From a bacterium (lineage in GTDB: Bacteria; RUG730), in assembly GCA_031551405.1 (NCBI GenBank), contig JAVBNQ010000006.1, forward strand, positions 1 to 64,000: a stretch of DNA of 64,000 bases, read 5' to 3'. The translations under genes and the position numbers were made by a program. The notes beneath the pieces were generated by a model that had not been told where the DNA came from, made no database searches, and saw nothing but the letters and a program-made list of their open reading frames with translations. Shown in pieces: positions 30,576 to 40,485 of this stretch (the stretch's first letter is position 1; each line of letters begins with the position of its first letter).

Positions 30576-33008
30576 ATGAAATTTAGGGAATATCTGGAAA
30601 AAGCGAGATTTGTGCTGTTTGACGGCGCTTTTGGGACTGAAATTTTGAAAGCCGGAATTGATATCTCGAATTTCGCACCGGAGTATTTAAATCTGAAAAA
30701 TCCGGAAATTGTTAAAAAAATTCACAAAAGTTATCTAGAAGCTGGTAGCGATGTGATTACGACGAATACTTTTGGCGCGAATCGTCTTAAGTTGCAAAAT
30801 TATCAGCTAGAGGACAAAATAGATGAAATCATACTGGCCGGAGTTGAAATCGCAAAATCTGCAATTGACGACTTTCCTGACAGAAATGCGTTTGTAGCTG
30901 CGAGTGTTGGTCCGGTCGGGAAACTTTTGGAACCACTCGGAGACTTGAAATTTGACGAGCTTGAAAAAGTTTATGATGAAGTTTTTACCTCGATCTCAAA
31001 AACAAGCGTTGACTTAATTATTCTCGAGACTATGCTCGATATAAACGAAGCCAAACTTGCCTTGATTTCTGCGAAAAAAAATACGAATCTTCCTGCCATT
31101 GTGAGTCTAACTTTTGAAAACGGCGAAAGACTTACGACTGGAACTCCGCCTGAGGCTTGCGCGATTTTATTTTCAGAGATGGGAGCTGACGCAGTTGGCG
31201 CTAATTGCAGTACCGGTCCTCGTGAGCTGCAGAACGTTTTGAGTCGAATGCAAAACGTTACATCTGCTTTTCCTCTTATAATCCAGGCAAATGCAGGTTT
31301 GCCGATTTCCGAGAATGGAAAAACTATTTTTCCTCTGAAAGCGCAGGATTTTGCGAATGAAATGTGTCAGATTGCGAAGAACCGTGCGAAGATTTTGGGA
31401 GGATGTTGCGGAACTTCACCTGAGCATATTGGAGAGCTAAAAAAAGCATTGCAGAATCTAGATATTTCAAGTCAAAAATTCGAAACCGAAAAATCAAAAC
31501 GCGATTTATCGAAAATTTCTTTTTTCACGTCTAGAACAAAAGTTTTAGAATTACAAAAGTATCCAATTATACTCGGAGAAAGAATTAATACAAACGCTCA
31601 GAAAAAAATTGCCGAAAGTATAAAGACCCAAAATTTTTCTGCAATAATGAGTGAGGCGATTAGTCAAGTCGAGAAAGGCGCGGAGCTTTTGGATGTGAAC
31701 ATTTGTGTTCCAAACATCGACGAGCCCAAAATTATGAGCAACGTTATAAAAGATATTTCCGGCGTAGTGAATGTTCCGATTTGTATCGATTCGCCGGATT
31801 TTCGAGCGATTGAGACCGGACTCAAGTATTTTCCGGGAAAAGCACTGGTTAATTCTGTTGATGGCGAGGAAGAAAAGCTAAATAAAATTTTACCAATTGT
31901 GAAAAAGTATGGAGCTTCGATTGTCGCTCTAACGATGGATGAAGACGGAATACCTTTGACGGTAGAAAAGAGATTTGAAATTGCAAAAAAAATTGTGAAT
32001 GAATGCGAAAAGCATGGGATCGAGCGTAAAAATATTTTTATCGATGCTTTGGTTCTGTCTATTTCCACAAATCCGGAAGGCGCGAAAACGACTTTGGAAA
32101 CGATTAGACGAATCAAAAACGATCTCGGAACTCGTACGATTTTGGGGCTTAGCAATATTTCGTTCGGTCTACCCGGGCGGAGCGTGGTAAACGCCAGCTT
32201 CTTGGCTATGGCGATTGAAGCTGGTCTTGACATTGCGATTACAAATCCGATGAATGAGAGTTTGCGAAATACTTTTTACGCTGCTTGCTTGTTATCCGGG
32301 CAAGATTTTGGAGCGGAAAAATATATAAATTCTTTTTACGAGGAAGAAATCAAGTCCGAGCGAAAAAAGGAATCCGAAATTTATTCTTTGGGAGAGGCGA
32401 TAATTCGAGGATTGAAAGATAAGGCTGTGGAGCTTGTAAAGCGCGAGTTAGATTCAAAAACTGAGCTTGAAATTATCAACGAATTGATTATTCCAAGTCT
32501 TGACATCGTTGGAGAGAAATACGAAAAAGGTATTTATTTTTTGCCGCAACTTTTGCTCGCCGCCGAAACTGCTGAGAGCGTTTCGAGAGTTTTGCAGGAA
32601 AATATCAGGAAAAAAGGAGAAGTTATATCGGAAAATGACAAAAAAATTGTTTTTGCTACAGTTAAAGGCGATCTCCACGATATTGGGAAAAATATTGTTA
32701 TTTCCGTTCTGAAAAATTATAATTACGACGTAATTGACTTAGGGAAAAGCGTTGATGTTGAGACGATAATAAAAACTGCGATAGATTCAAATGCAAAAGC
32801 GATTTGTTTGTCGGCATTAATGACAACGACAATGCCTGAAATGCAAAAAATCGTCGATGAATTAACTAAACGAAATTTGCGGGACAGATTCAAAGTGATC
32901 GTTGGAGGCGCAGTTGTGAACGAGGATTTTGCGATTTCGATCAAAGCCGACGCTTATTCGAAAGATGCGACGAGTTTGGTTGCTCTTTTACGAAAATTTG
33001 GAATTTAA
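30576..33008 (+). CDS. metH: Cobalamin-dependent methionine synthase lacking the C-terminal reactivation domain
   Basis: FDGAFGT, TNTFGAN, GANCS, GGCCGT (Hcy domain); GERIN pterin domain; DLHDIGKNIV, SALMTTT, VGGA (B12 domain). Confidence 0.88.
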   Translation: MKFREYLEKARFVLFDGAFGTEILKAGIDISNFAPEYLNLKNPEIVKKIHKSYLEAGSDVITTNTFGANRLKLQNYQLEDKIDEIILAGVEIAKSAIDDFPDRNAFVAASVGPVGKLLEPLGDLKFDELEKVYDEVFTSISKTSVDLIILETMLDINEAKLALISAKKNTNLPAIVSLTFENGERLTTGTPPEACAILFSEMGADAVGANCSTGPRELQNVLSRMQNVTSAFPLIIQANAGLPISENGKTIFPLKAQDFANEMCQIAKNRAKILGGCCGTSPEHIGELKKALQNLDISSQKFETEKSKRDLSKISFFTSRTKVLELQKYPIILGERINTNAQKKIAESIKTQNFSAIMSEAISQVEKGAELLDVNICVPNIDEPKIMSNVIKDISGVVNVPICIDSPDFRAIETGLKYFPGKALVNSVDGEEEKLNKILPIVKKYGASIVALTMDEDGIPLTVEKRFEIAKKIVNECEKHGIERKNIFIDALVLSISTNPEGAKTTLETIRRIKNDLGTRTILGLSNISFGLPGRSVVNASFLAMAIEAGLDIAITNPMNESLRNTFYAACLLSGQDFGAEKYINSFYEEEIKSERKKESEIYSLGEAIIRGLKDKAVELVKRELDSKTELEIINELIIPSLDIVGEKYEKGIYFLPQLLLAAETAESVSRVLQENIRKKGEVISENDKKIVFATVKGDLHDIGKNIVISVLKNYNYDVIDLGKSVDVETIIKTAIDSNAKAICLSALMTTTMPEMQKIVDELTKRNLRDRFKVIVGGAVVNEDFAISIKADAYSKDATSLVALLRKFGI

Positions 33009-33021
33009 AGTCGAGTAGAAA

Positions 33022-34383
33022 ATGAAGCAAAAATTGAAATTGAGTTTAATTACCTTGGGTTGCAATAAAAATCAAACTGACTCAGAATTTTTGATAAAAG
33101 GTTTGTCAAAACATTTCGAGATTACTCACGATTTATCTCTTGCTGAGATCATAATTCTAAGTCCGTGTTCGTTTTTGAAGAGCGCTCGAGCTGAAGCAAA
33201 AATTTATATTAACAAGCTCAAGAAATTTAAGACTAAAAACTGTAGATGCTTAGTTGTGACCGGATGTTATGCCGAGCTTTTGAAAGATGAAATTTTTGAA
33301 AAAAATCAAGATGTTGATTTGGTCCTTGGATTTCTTGACGTTGAGAAATTTGTGAAAGCTATTAAAAAATTTTTCGAAAAAAATAAATTAAGTGAGAAGA
33401 GAAAGTATGTTTTTGGCAAAGACGTTTTTGGGCTTTTTGGTGAAAAAAATGTCGAACGGATTCATTCGCATCCGAATTTTGCTTACGTGAAAATTTCCGA
33501 GGGTTGCGATAATAAATGTTCTTATTGTCTTATTCCAACTATTCGAGGAGATTACAGAAGCAGGAATGAAGGCGTTATTTTGAAAGAATGTGAGCAGCTT
33601 CTTGGCTCCGGCGTTAAGGAATTAAATATAGTTTCGCAGGACATTGGAGCATACGGCGTGGATTTCGGCGAGAAAAAACAAATGTCGAGTTTGTTACAAA
33701 AAATCGAAAGATTTGACTCTCATTTTTGGATTAGGCTTCTTTATATGCATCCGAAGCATATTGATAAAAATTTGGCGAATTTGATACGAAATTCCGAAAA
33801 AATTTGTAAATACATTGACATACCGATTCAACACATTAATAACGAAATCTTGGAAAAAATGAATCGAAAAATCACAAAAAATGAAATTATAGACAAAATT
33901 TTGCTTTTGAAAGAAACTGTAAAAAATATTGTGATTCGGACGACTTTTATTGTCGGATTTCCAGGCGAGAGTGACGATTCTTGTGCGGAATTGGCAGATT
34001 TTATAAAGCTTGGCTACTTCGATAAAGTCGGATTTTTCAAATATTCCAGAGAAAAGTTGACTCCGTCGTATCAAATGAAAAATCACGTACCGGAAAAAAT
34101 TAAAGATGCGCGAGTTGAGAAATTATATAAAATTCAAGAAAAAATTTCATTCGAGAAAAATAAAAAATTTATCAATCAAAAGCTTGATTTCCTTCCTGAG
34201 GAAATTATCTCAGACCAACTCGTAAGAGGTCGAGTTTTTTCTATGGCTCCTGAGGTTGATGGCGATGTTTATTTGCGAGCTGCTAAAAAATTTGATGCTA
34301 GAGTAAATTTCAACGATTTTATAAAAATACAAATTAACGCAGCAAAAAATTACGATTTGTATGCGAAAGAGGTGAAAAAATGA
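33022..34383 (+). CDS. rimO: Ribosomal protein S12 methylthiotransferase
   Basis: LGCNKNQTDSE, KISEGCDNKCSYC, WIRLLYMHP, APEVDG; upstream of pgsA. Confidence 0.9.
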   Translation: MKQKLKLSLITLGCNKNQTDSEFLIKGLSKHFEITHDLSLAEIIILSPCSFLKSARAEAKIYINKLKKFKTKNCRCLVVTGCYAELLKDEIFEKNQDVDLVLGFLDVEKFVKAIKKFFEKNKLSEKRKYVFGKDVFGLFGEKNVERIHSHPNFAYVKISEGCDNKCSYCLIPTIRGDYRSRNEGVILKECEQLLGSGVKELNIVSQDIGAYGVDFGEKKQMSSLLQKIERFDSHFWIRLLYMHPKHIDKNLANLIRNSEKICKYIDIPIQHINNEILEKMNRKITKNEIIDKILLLKETVKNIVIRTTFIVGFPGESDDSCAELADFIKLGYFDKVGFFKYSREKLTPSYQMKNHVPEKIKDARVEKLYKIQEKISFEKNKKFINQKLDFLPEEIISDQLVRGRVFSMAPEVDGDVYLRAAKKFDARVNFNDFIKIQINAAKNYDLYAKEVKK

Positions 34384-34964
34384 ATTTACCAAACCAACTT
34401 ACGATGAGCAGAATCGCGATAATGCCAATTTTTATTTTTGCTCTTTACGAGGGAGGCCTTTTCTGGCACATAATTGCTTTTTTGTGTTTTTTGTATGCTT
34501 CGTTTTCAGATTTTTTAGACGGAGTAATTGCTAGAAGAAATCAATGCGTTACGGATTTTGGAAAATTTATGGATCCGCTCGCTGATAAAATTTTTATTTC
34601 AGCAGCATTTATAACGTTTGTTGATTTTAAAGTACTCAATATTCCAGCTTGGATGGTAACGATTATTTTGAGTCGAGAATTTATGATTACGGGTTTGCGA
34701 ACTTTGGCAATTTCGAAAGGTGTTGTAATTGCTGCCCAAAAATCTGGAAAATTTAAAACAAGTGCTCAGCTTTTAGCTATTTTTGTGATACTTCTAATTT
34801 GCATTTATTACGATTTGGAGCAAAATGGAATTTATACGCTTTCACAAAATTTGCGACATTACGTTGAGATTGTGCCCAATTTTTTAATGTTAATAATTAC
34901 GGTTTTGACATTTTTTTCCGGTTTGACTTATATGTATTCAAATAGAAGTTTATTGAAAAGTTAA
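34380..34964 (+). CDS. pgsA: CDP-diacylglycerol--glycerol-3-phosphate 3-phosphatidyltransferase
   Basis: MNLPNQLT, DFLDGVIARR..VTDFGKFMDPLADK, REFMITGLR, GKFKT. Confidence 0.95.
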   Translation: MNLPNQLTMSRIAIMPIFIFALYEGGLFWHIIAFLCFLYASFSDFLDGVIARRNQCVTDFGKFMDPLADKIFISAAFITFVDFKVLNIPAWMVTIILSREFMITGLRTLAISKGVVIAAQKSGKFKTSAQLLAIFVILLICIYYDLEQNGIYTLSQNLRHYVEIVPNFLMLIITVLTFFSGLTYMYSNRSLLKS

Positions 34965-34967
34965 AAA

Positions 34968-35420
34968 ATGAAGAAGTTAGTTAGTTTTTTTGGGACGCTA
35001 TTTTATATCGGATACATTCCAGTTATGCCCGGAACGTTTGGCACATTGTTTGCATTTGTTTTTTGTTGGTTTGTGTTAAAAAATGATTACTTAACAGTTT
35101 CTCTTTTTTTGATTTTTAGTTTGTTGAGTATTTTCATTTGTAATCTAAGCGAGAAAGAGTTTGGGAAAAAAGACGATTCAAGAATAGTTTTAGATGAGTT
35201 TGTTGGAAGCTTTTTTAGTCTAATTTTCTTGCCAAAAAATTTATTAATTTATATTTTGGCCTTTGTTCTTTTTCGAGTTTTTGATATTACTAAGCCTTTA
35301 TTTATAAAAAAATCGCAAAATTTGAGAGGCGGAGTTGGAATTGTTGTTGATGACGTTTTGGCAGGAGTTGCTGCAAATGTGATTTTGCAGGTTTTTAACT
35401 TTATAATTCGGAAGGGTTAG
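34968..35420 (+). CDS. pgpA: Phosphatidylglycerophosphatase A
   Basis: PGTFGT, IVLDEFVG, FRVFDITKP, GGVGIVVDDVLAG. Confidence 0.93.
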   Translation: MKKLVSFFGTLFYIGYIPVMPGTFGTLFAFVFCWFVLKNDYLTVSLFLIFSLLSIFICNLSEKEFGKKDDSRIVLDEFVGSFFSLIFLPKNLLIYILAFVLFRVFDITKPLFIKKSQNLRGGVGIVVDDVLAGVAANVILQVFNFIIRKG

Positions 35421-35431
35421 CTTGATACAGC

Positions 35432-35472
35432 ATAAAAAAAGGAAGAGATAAATAAATCCCTTCCTTTTTTAT
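35432..35472. terminator. Bidirectional terminator between convergent pgpA and small lipoprotein
   Basis: AAAAAAAGGAAGAGAT / ATCCCTTCCTTTTTT stem with A- and T-runs on both sides. Confidence 0.78.
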
Positions 35473-35498
35473 TGAAAACACTTAAAAGTTTTAATAAC

Positions 35499-35705
35499 TT
35501 AGATTATGTTTTGTGCAGTCGTAGTCGAAGTAGCAGCTTCTGTGCTTGCTGGAACCTCTAGTGTTCCTTCGTCAGTAAGTCCTAGATCTGAAGTTTCTTC
35601 ATATTGAGCTTCTTCTACGATAGGAGCTTCACTTTTTTTACAGCCCATTACAACTAGAACTAATCCGAATAACAATAACAAAGAAATGGTAGCTACATTT
35701 TTCAT
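35499..35705 (-). CDS. Small putative lipoprotein
   Basis: AAGGAG SD, hydrophobic signal ending VMGC, acidic Thr/Ala-rich tail, own terminator. Confidence 0.78.
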   Translation of the reverse strand: MKNVATISLLLLFGLVLVVMGCKKSEAPIVEEAQYEETSDLGLTDEGTLEVPASTEAATSTTTAQNII

Positions 35706-35975
35706 TTTTTTCTCCTTATTTTTTCGAAAAATATTTTATTCTGAGATATATTTTCGAAATTATAAAAAAAATATTTTTAAAAATCAAGAAAAAAAATGTT
35801 TTTTACTGCAGCATTTGTGTTTTTTATATCGAATCTTAATTTTGTCGTAAAAAAGTTATTCCATTTTATTCTTTTTTTTTGTATATTTTAAAGATAAGGG
35901 TTAAGCTAAATTTAGTATTAAATTTGTAAAAAATAAGCCAAAATGCAATATTTTTGAGCATTAGTGAGGGGAAAA

Positions 35976-38600
35976 ATGTTTAGTTATTTTATGAAAAAAA
36001 TATTTGGTACGAGAAATGAGAGAATTGTCAAAAATTTATGGCCTTTCGTTGATACAATAAATTCTTTTGAACAGGCCTTCGAGAAATTGACCGATGAAGA
36101 GCTAAAAAACAAGACGTTAGAATTTAAATCTCGTCTACAGAATGGCGCGACTTTGGATGATATTTTATGCGAGGCATTTGCTGTTGTAAGAGAAGCTAGC
36201 AAAAGAACGATTGGACTTAGGCATTTCGATGTTCAATTACTCGGAGGAATTATTTTACATAAAGGGAAAATAGCTGAGATGAAAACTGGTGAGGGAAAAA
36301 CTTTAGTGGGAACATTGCCTGTCTATTTGAATGCTTTGACAGAGAAAGGCGTTCACATCGTGACAGTTAACGATTATTTGGCTAAACGCGACAGTGAATG
36401 GATGGGGCCGATTTTTCAGTTTTTAGGTATGACAGTCGGATTGGTTCAGCATGGATTTAAATCTATAAATAAAAAAGAGGCTTATGCTTGCGATATTACG
36501 TATATTACAAATAATGAGTTGGGATTCGACTATTTGCGAGATAATATGGTGATGAGAGTCGAAGATAGGGTTTTGCGCGAGCTTAATTATGCAATTGTCG
36601 ACGAGGTAGACAGTATTTTGGTTGATGAAGCGAGAACGCCTTTGATTATTTCCGGAGCAAGTGAGGAATCTACGGATAAATATTACGTTATCAATAAAAT
36701 CATTCCGTCGCTTAATGGAAGACTTATAACGGAAGATCAACAGATTAAGGCAAAATATAAAAACGAAGATTTGAACACTGGCTACGATTTTTTACTCGAA
36801 GAAAAGAATCAGACTGTTGCCTTGACTGCAGAGGGAATTGCAAAATGTGAAAGAATTTTAGGCGTCGAGAATTTGTACAACGACCTTGAATCTGAGTGGG
36901 TTCACCACATTGTTCAAGCCATAAAAGCTCATAATTTCTTCAAAAAAGATGTTGATTACATCTTAAAAAACGGCGAGATAATTATAGTAGACGAATTTAC
37001 GGGAAGATTGATGCCAGGAAGACGATGGAGCGACGGGCTTCATCAAGCGATTGAAGCAAAAGAAAATGTGAAAATTGCTGAGGAAAATCAGACTCTGGCG
37101 ACGATTACTTTCCAGAATTTTTTTAGAATGTATAAAAAATTATCCGGAATGACTGGAACGGCTATCACTGAGGCTGATGAGTTTTTCGAGATTTACAAGC
37201 TTGATGTAGTTGAAATTCCGACTAATAAATCTATTTTGCGGCAAGATTTAACCGACGTTATCTATAAGACGGAAAAAGAAAAATACAACGCGATTTTAAA
37301 TGAAATTGTTGACTGCAGAAAACTAGGACAGCCTGTTTTGGTTGGTACCAAATCTATAGAGAAAAGTGAAAAAATATCGGCTCTTTTAAAACAAAGCGGA
37401 GTGCCGCATCAGGTTTTGAATGCAAAATACCATGAGATGGAAGCCAATATTATTGCCCAAGCCGGAGCTAAATCAGCTGTCACGATTGCAACGAATATGG
37501 CCGGTAGAGGAACTGACATTGTTTTGGGAGGGAATCCTTCGATGGAAGAAGAATCGGAATTCGTAAAATCAGCTGGAGGCCTTCATATTATCGGAACTGA
37601 GAGGCATGACTCTAGACGTATCGATAATCAGCTCAGAGGACGTTCCGGTCGTCAAGGAGATCCTGGTTCATCGAAATTTTTTATTTCACTTGAAGATGAT
37701 CTGATGAGACTTTTTGGATCTGAAAAATTGACTTTTATGATGGATAAAATTGGTCTCGAGCAAAACCAAGAAATCCAGCACCCGCTCATAGCGCGAGCTA
37801 TCGAGTCAGCTCAAAAGCGTGTAGAAGCAATGAATTTTGACATTAGAAAGCAGCTCATAGATTTCGACGATGTAATGAATAAACAACGAGGAGTCGTTTA
37901 TAAGCAACGAGATAATATTTTGTTTTCTGATGACTTAACAGAAAATATTAATCACATTTTTGAAGATGTCGTAGAATTTCAGATCGAAAAATTTGCTCCT
38001 ACAAAAAGTCATCAGGATGAGTGGGACATAAAAGGTTTGCAAGATTGGATTGAGTTTATTTCAGAGCAAAAAGTTGAAGATTTAGAAAAATGTCGTGAAT
38101 ATCCGAGAAATGGAATAAAAAATTATGTCACGGAGCTTTTGAAAAATTTATACTCACAAAAAATAAAAGATATTCCCGCAGAAATAGTTTTACAGGTTCA
38201 AAAAATAATTTCTCTTCAGGTTTTGGACAGTGCTTGGAAGGATCATTTGTATAATTTGGATCAATTAAAGCGAGGAATTGGATTTAGAGCGTATGGACAG
38301 AAAGATCCGGTTTTAGAGTATAAACACGAGGCCTTTAACGTTTTTATGAATATGATGGATCGAGTTTTGTCTCAAACTTTCGAGTATTTGTTCAAGGCGA
38401 ACATGACGCAAAAAATAGTTGTTCACGAAGAAAGTCTGGATGATTTGGAATATGATGATTCGTTGAGTTTTGAGGATTTGCAGACTCAAAAACCTTCGAG
38501 GGTTTCTTCATCAAATGAACATCATAGTCCAAAGATTGGGAGAAATGATTTATGTAGCTGTGGAAGTGGAAAAAAATATAAGAAATGCTGCGGAAAATAA
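35976..38600 (+). CDS. secA: Preprotein translocase ATPase SecA
   Basis: EMKTGEGKT, TVNDYLA, DEVDSILVDEARTPLIIS, TNMAGRGTDI, QLRGRSGRQGDPG, SEC-C tail CSCGSGKKYKKCC. Confidence 0.98.
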   Translation: MFSYFMKKIFGTRNERIVKNLWPFVDTINSFEQAFEKLTDEELKNKTLEFKSRLQNGATLDDILCEAFAVVREASKRTIGLRHFDVQLLGGIILHKGKIAEMKTGEGKTLVGTLPVYLNALTEKGVHIVTVNDYLAKRDSEWMGPIFQFLGMTVGLVQHGFKSINKKEAYACDITYITNNELGFDYLRDNMVMRVEDRVLRELNYAIVDEVDSILVDEARTPLIISGASEESTDKYYVINKIIPSLNGRLITEDQQIKAKYKNEDLNTGYDFLLEEKNQTVALTAEGIAKCERILGVENLYNDLESEWVHHIVQAIKAHNFFKKDVDYILKNGEIIIVDEFTGRLMPGRRWSDGLHQAIEAKENVKIAEENQTLATITFQNFFRMYKKLSGMTGTAITEADEFFEIYKLDVVEIPTNKSILRQDLTDVIYKTEKEKYNAILNEIVDCRKLGQPVLVGTKSIEKSEKISALLKQSGVPHQVLNAKYHEMEANIIAQAGAKSAVTIATNMAGRGTDIVLGGNPSMEEESEFVKSAGGLHIIGTERHDSRRIDNQLRGRSGRQGDPGSSKFFISLEDDLMRLFGSEKLTFMMDKIGLEQNQEIQHPLIARAIESAQKRVEAMNFDIRKQLIDFDDVMNKQRGVVYKQRDNILFSDDLTENINHIFEDVVEFQIEKFAPTKSHQDEWDIKGLQDWIEFISEQKVEDLEKCREYPRNGIKNYVTELLKNLYSQKIKDIPAEIVLQVQKIISLQVLDSAWKDHLYNLDQLKRGIGFRAYGQKDPVLEYKHEAFNVFMNMMDRVLSQTFEYLFKANMTQKIVVHEESLDDLEYDDSLSFEDLQTQKPSRVSSSNEHHSPKIGRNDLCSCGSGKKYKKCCGK

Positions 38601-40114
38601 ATTTTGTATCGTTTTTTTGTATAATTTTATCGTCTGTTTTTCTTTTTCTTGCTTTTCCAAAAGCCAATCTTTTTTACTTTGCTTTTTTTGCATTTGTTCC
38701 ATCTTTGCTTGACGTTTCGAGCAGCCAAAATTTTAAAACTGCTTTCATGAAATCTGTAATTTTTTCCATTGTAACGAATTTTGCGTTGATTTATTGGATA
38801 ATTCCGACTTTTCACGCGACTTCAATTTCTAATTTTATCTCAGTTTTTACTTGTTTATTGTTTGCAATTTATTTATCGATTTACTGGATAATTTTTTTTG
38901 CAGTATTTTATTTTTTCAGAAAAGATTCAAGCTTCACTAACATGTGTTTTTTGAGTTCAGTTTGGGTTTTGTTAGAATTTGCCAAGACCTACGTGTTTAC
39001 CGGTTTTCCTTGGAGTTTAGTAGGTTATACGCAAAGCAGTAATTTGTATTTCATACAAATCGCAGATATTACAGGTATTTATGGGATTTCATTTTTAATA
39101 ATTTTAGCCAACCTTTATTTTTTCTCGTTATTAAAATATTTTTTTTATAACTTGCAATCCAAACAAAATAATAGTATAATTATACCAGATATTAAACGCA
39201 AAACTTTGTTTGTTCTTTTAATTTTTATTTTTGTTTTTGGATATAGTTTTTATATTTTGCGGTTTTGCAATTTTGATAAATTTAAGAAGTCAGAGATATC
39301 TTTTGCGATTTTGCAGGGGAATATCGAGCAATATAAAAAATTTGACAACGATTATATGCGTCAAATTCGGGATCTTTACGTAGATTTGGCTAATACTTGT
39401 AAGGCTACAGACATAGTCGTTTGGCCGGAAACAGCATATCCACATTTATTTCCAGAGTATAAAGATTTTTTCTTTGAAAATTTACGCATTAAAAGTAGAC
39501 ATATAATTGGAACGTTTATTGAGAAAAATTCAAATTTTTATAATTCTGCTCTCTTTTTGAATCAAGATTTAACAGCGAAAGACTTCTATTCAAAAGTGCA
39601 TTTGGTACCATTTGGTGAGTTTTTTCCATACAAAAAATATTTAGAAAAGCTGATTCCATCGCTGAAAAGAGTGGGAAATGTTTCTCCTGGCGAAAAGTTT
39701 ACTTTGTTTGAGTATAAAGACACTTTGCTTGGCACGATGATTTGTTATGAATCATTATTCCCAGATTTGGCTCGTAGATTTACAAAAAGAGGCGCGAATA
39801 TTCTTGTTAATATAAGCAATGACGCATGGTATTTGGATACTTGTGCACCGTACCAACATTTTAGTTTTAATATTTTTCGGGCTATTGAAAATAGGCGTGT
39901 TTTAATTAGAACTGCTAATACTGGGATTTCTGGTATTATAGATCAGTTTGGAAAGGTTTTGATAAAATCAGATTTGAATTCTCGGATTTGTCTCAAAGTG
40001 AAAACAGCTGGTTTGAAAAAGTTAACTTTTTATACAAAGTTTGGAAATGTCTTTGTATTGCTAGCGTTTTTATTTGTCGTCGGGTTTTTTTTAAAAAGAA
40101 GTTGTTATTTTTAG
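38585..40114 (+). CDS. lnt: Apolipoprotein N-acyltransferase
   Basis: TGFPW, QGNI, WPETA, KVHLVPFGE, ICYE, NDAWY, RAIEN, NTGIS. Confidence 0.94.
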   Translation: MLRKINFVSFFCIILSSVFLFLAFPKANLFYFAFFAFVPSLLDVSSSQNFKTAFMKSVIFSIVTNFALIYWIIPTFHATSISNFISVFTCLLFAIYLSIYWIIFFAVFYFFRKDSSFTNMCFLSSVWVLLEFAKTYVFTGFPWSLVGYTQSSNLYFIQIADITGIYGISFLIILANLYFFSLLKYFFYNLQSKQNNSIIIPDIKRKTLFVLLIFIFVFGYSFYILRFCNFDKFKKSEISFAILQGNIEQYKKFDNDYMRQIRDLYVDLANTCKATDIVVWPETAYPHLFPEYKDFFFENLRIKSRHIIGTFIEKNSNFYNSALFLNQDLTAKDFYSKVHLVPFGEFFPYKKYLEKLIPSLKRVGNVSPGEKFTLFEYKDTLLGTMICYESLFPDLARRFTKRGANILVNISNDAWYLDTCAPYQHFSFNIFRAIENRRVLIRTANTGISGIIDQFGKVLIKSDLNSRICLKVKTAGLKKLTFYTKFGNVFVLLAFLFVVGFFLKRSCYF

Positions 40115-40117
40115 ATT

Positions 40118-40485
40118 TATAAGTTATTATAGTACTTTCCATATACCATAATACGTGGATTTTAAGAAAGGAGAGAGGGTAGTCTATTTAAATGTTTGAA
40201 TAAATAAATAGACGTACTTTAGAGGGTCCCTCTCTCCTTTTTTTAAGTCTATAATTTTTGTGTTTTTAAAATAGTAATCTTTTGGCATTTAAAGGCATCT
40301 GACTTAATTTTAACTAAATTCGTATTCATCTTTTACATGAATTTGGTTTAGGAGTCTTTCTTTGGTCTTTTAAAAGCAGATGGATTTAGGCAGGAACGAG
40401 TTTTAGCTCGCTCCTGCTTTTTTTTTTAGGTTTATATGGTAATGGAAGTAGCACTTTTTAACAGTTTGCTTTTGGTAGGCTTATA
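40118..40485. other. Highly structured intergenic element (candidate ncRNA or MITE-like element)
   Basis: Terminal imperfect inverted repeats enclosing three long hairpins; see findings. Confidence 0.45.
40390..40427 (+). terminator. Rho-independent terminator
   Basis: GCAGGAACGAG / CTCGCTCCTGC stem followed by T10. Confidence 0.75.

Noticed and set aside
40118-40485. RNase P RNA, tmRNA or a functional retron
   Set aside because: No GAGGAAAGTCC/ACAGAA..GGCTTA pair, no tRNA-like ends, and no reverse transcriptase gene in the window
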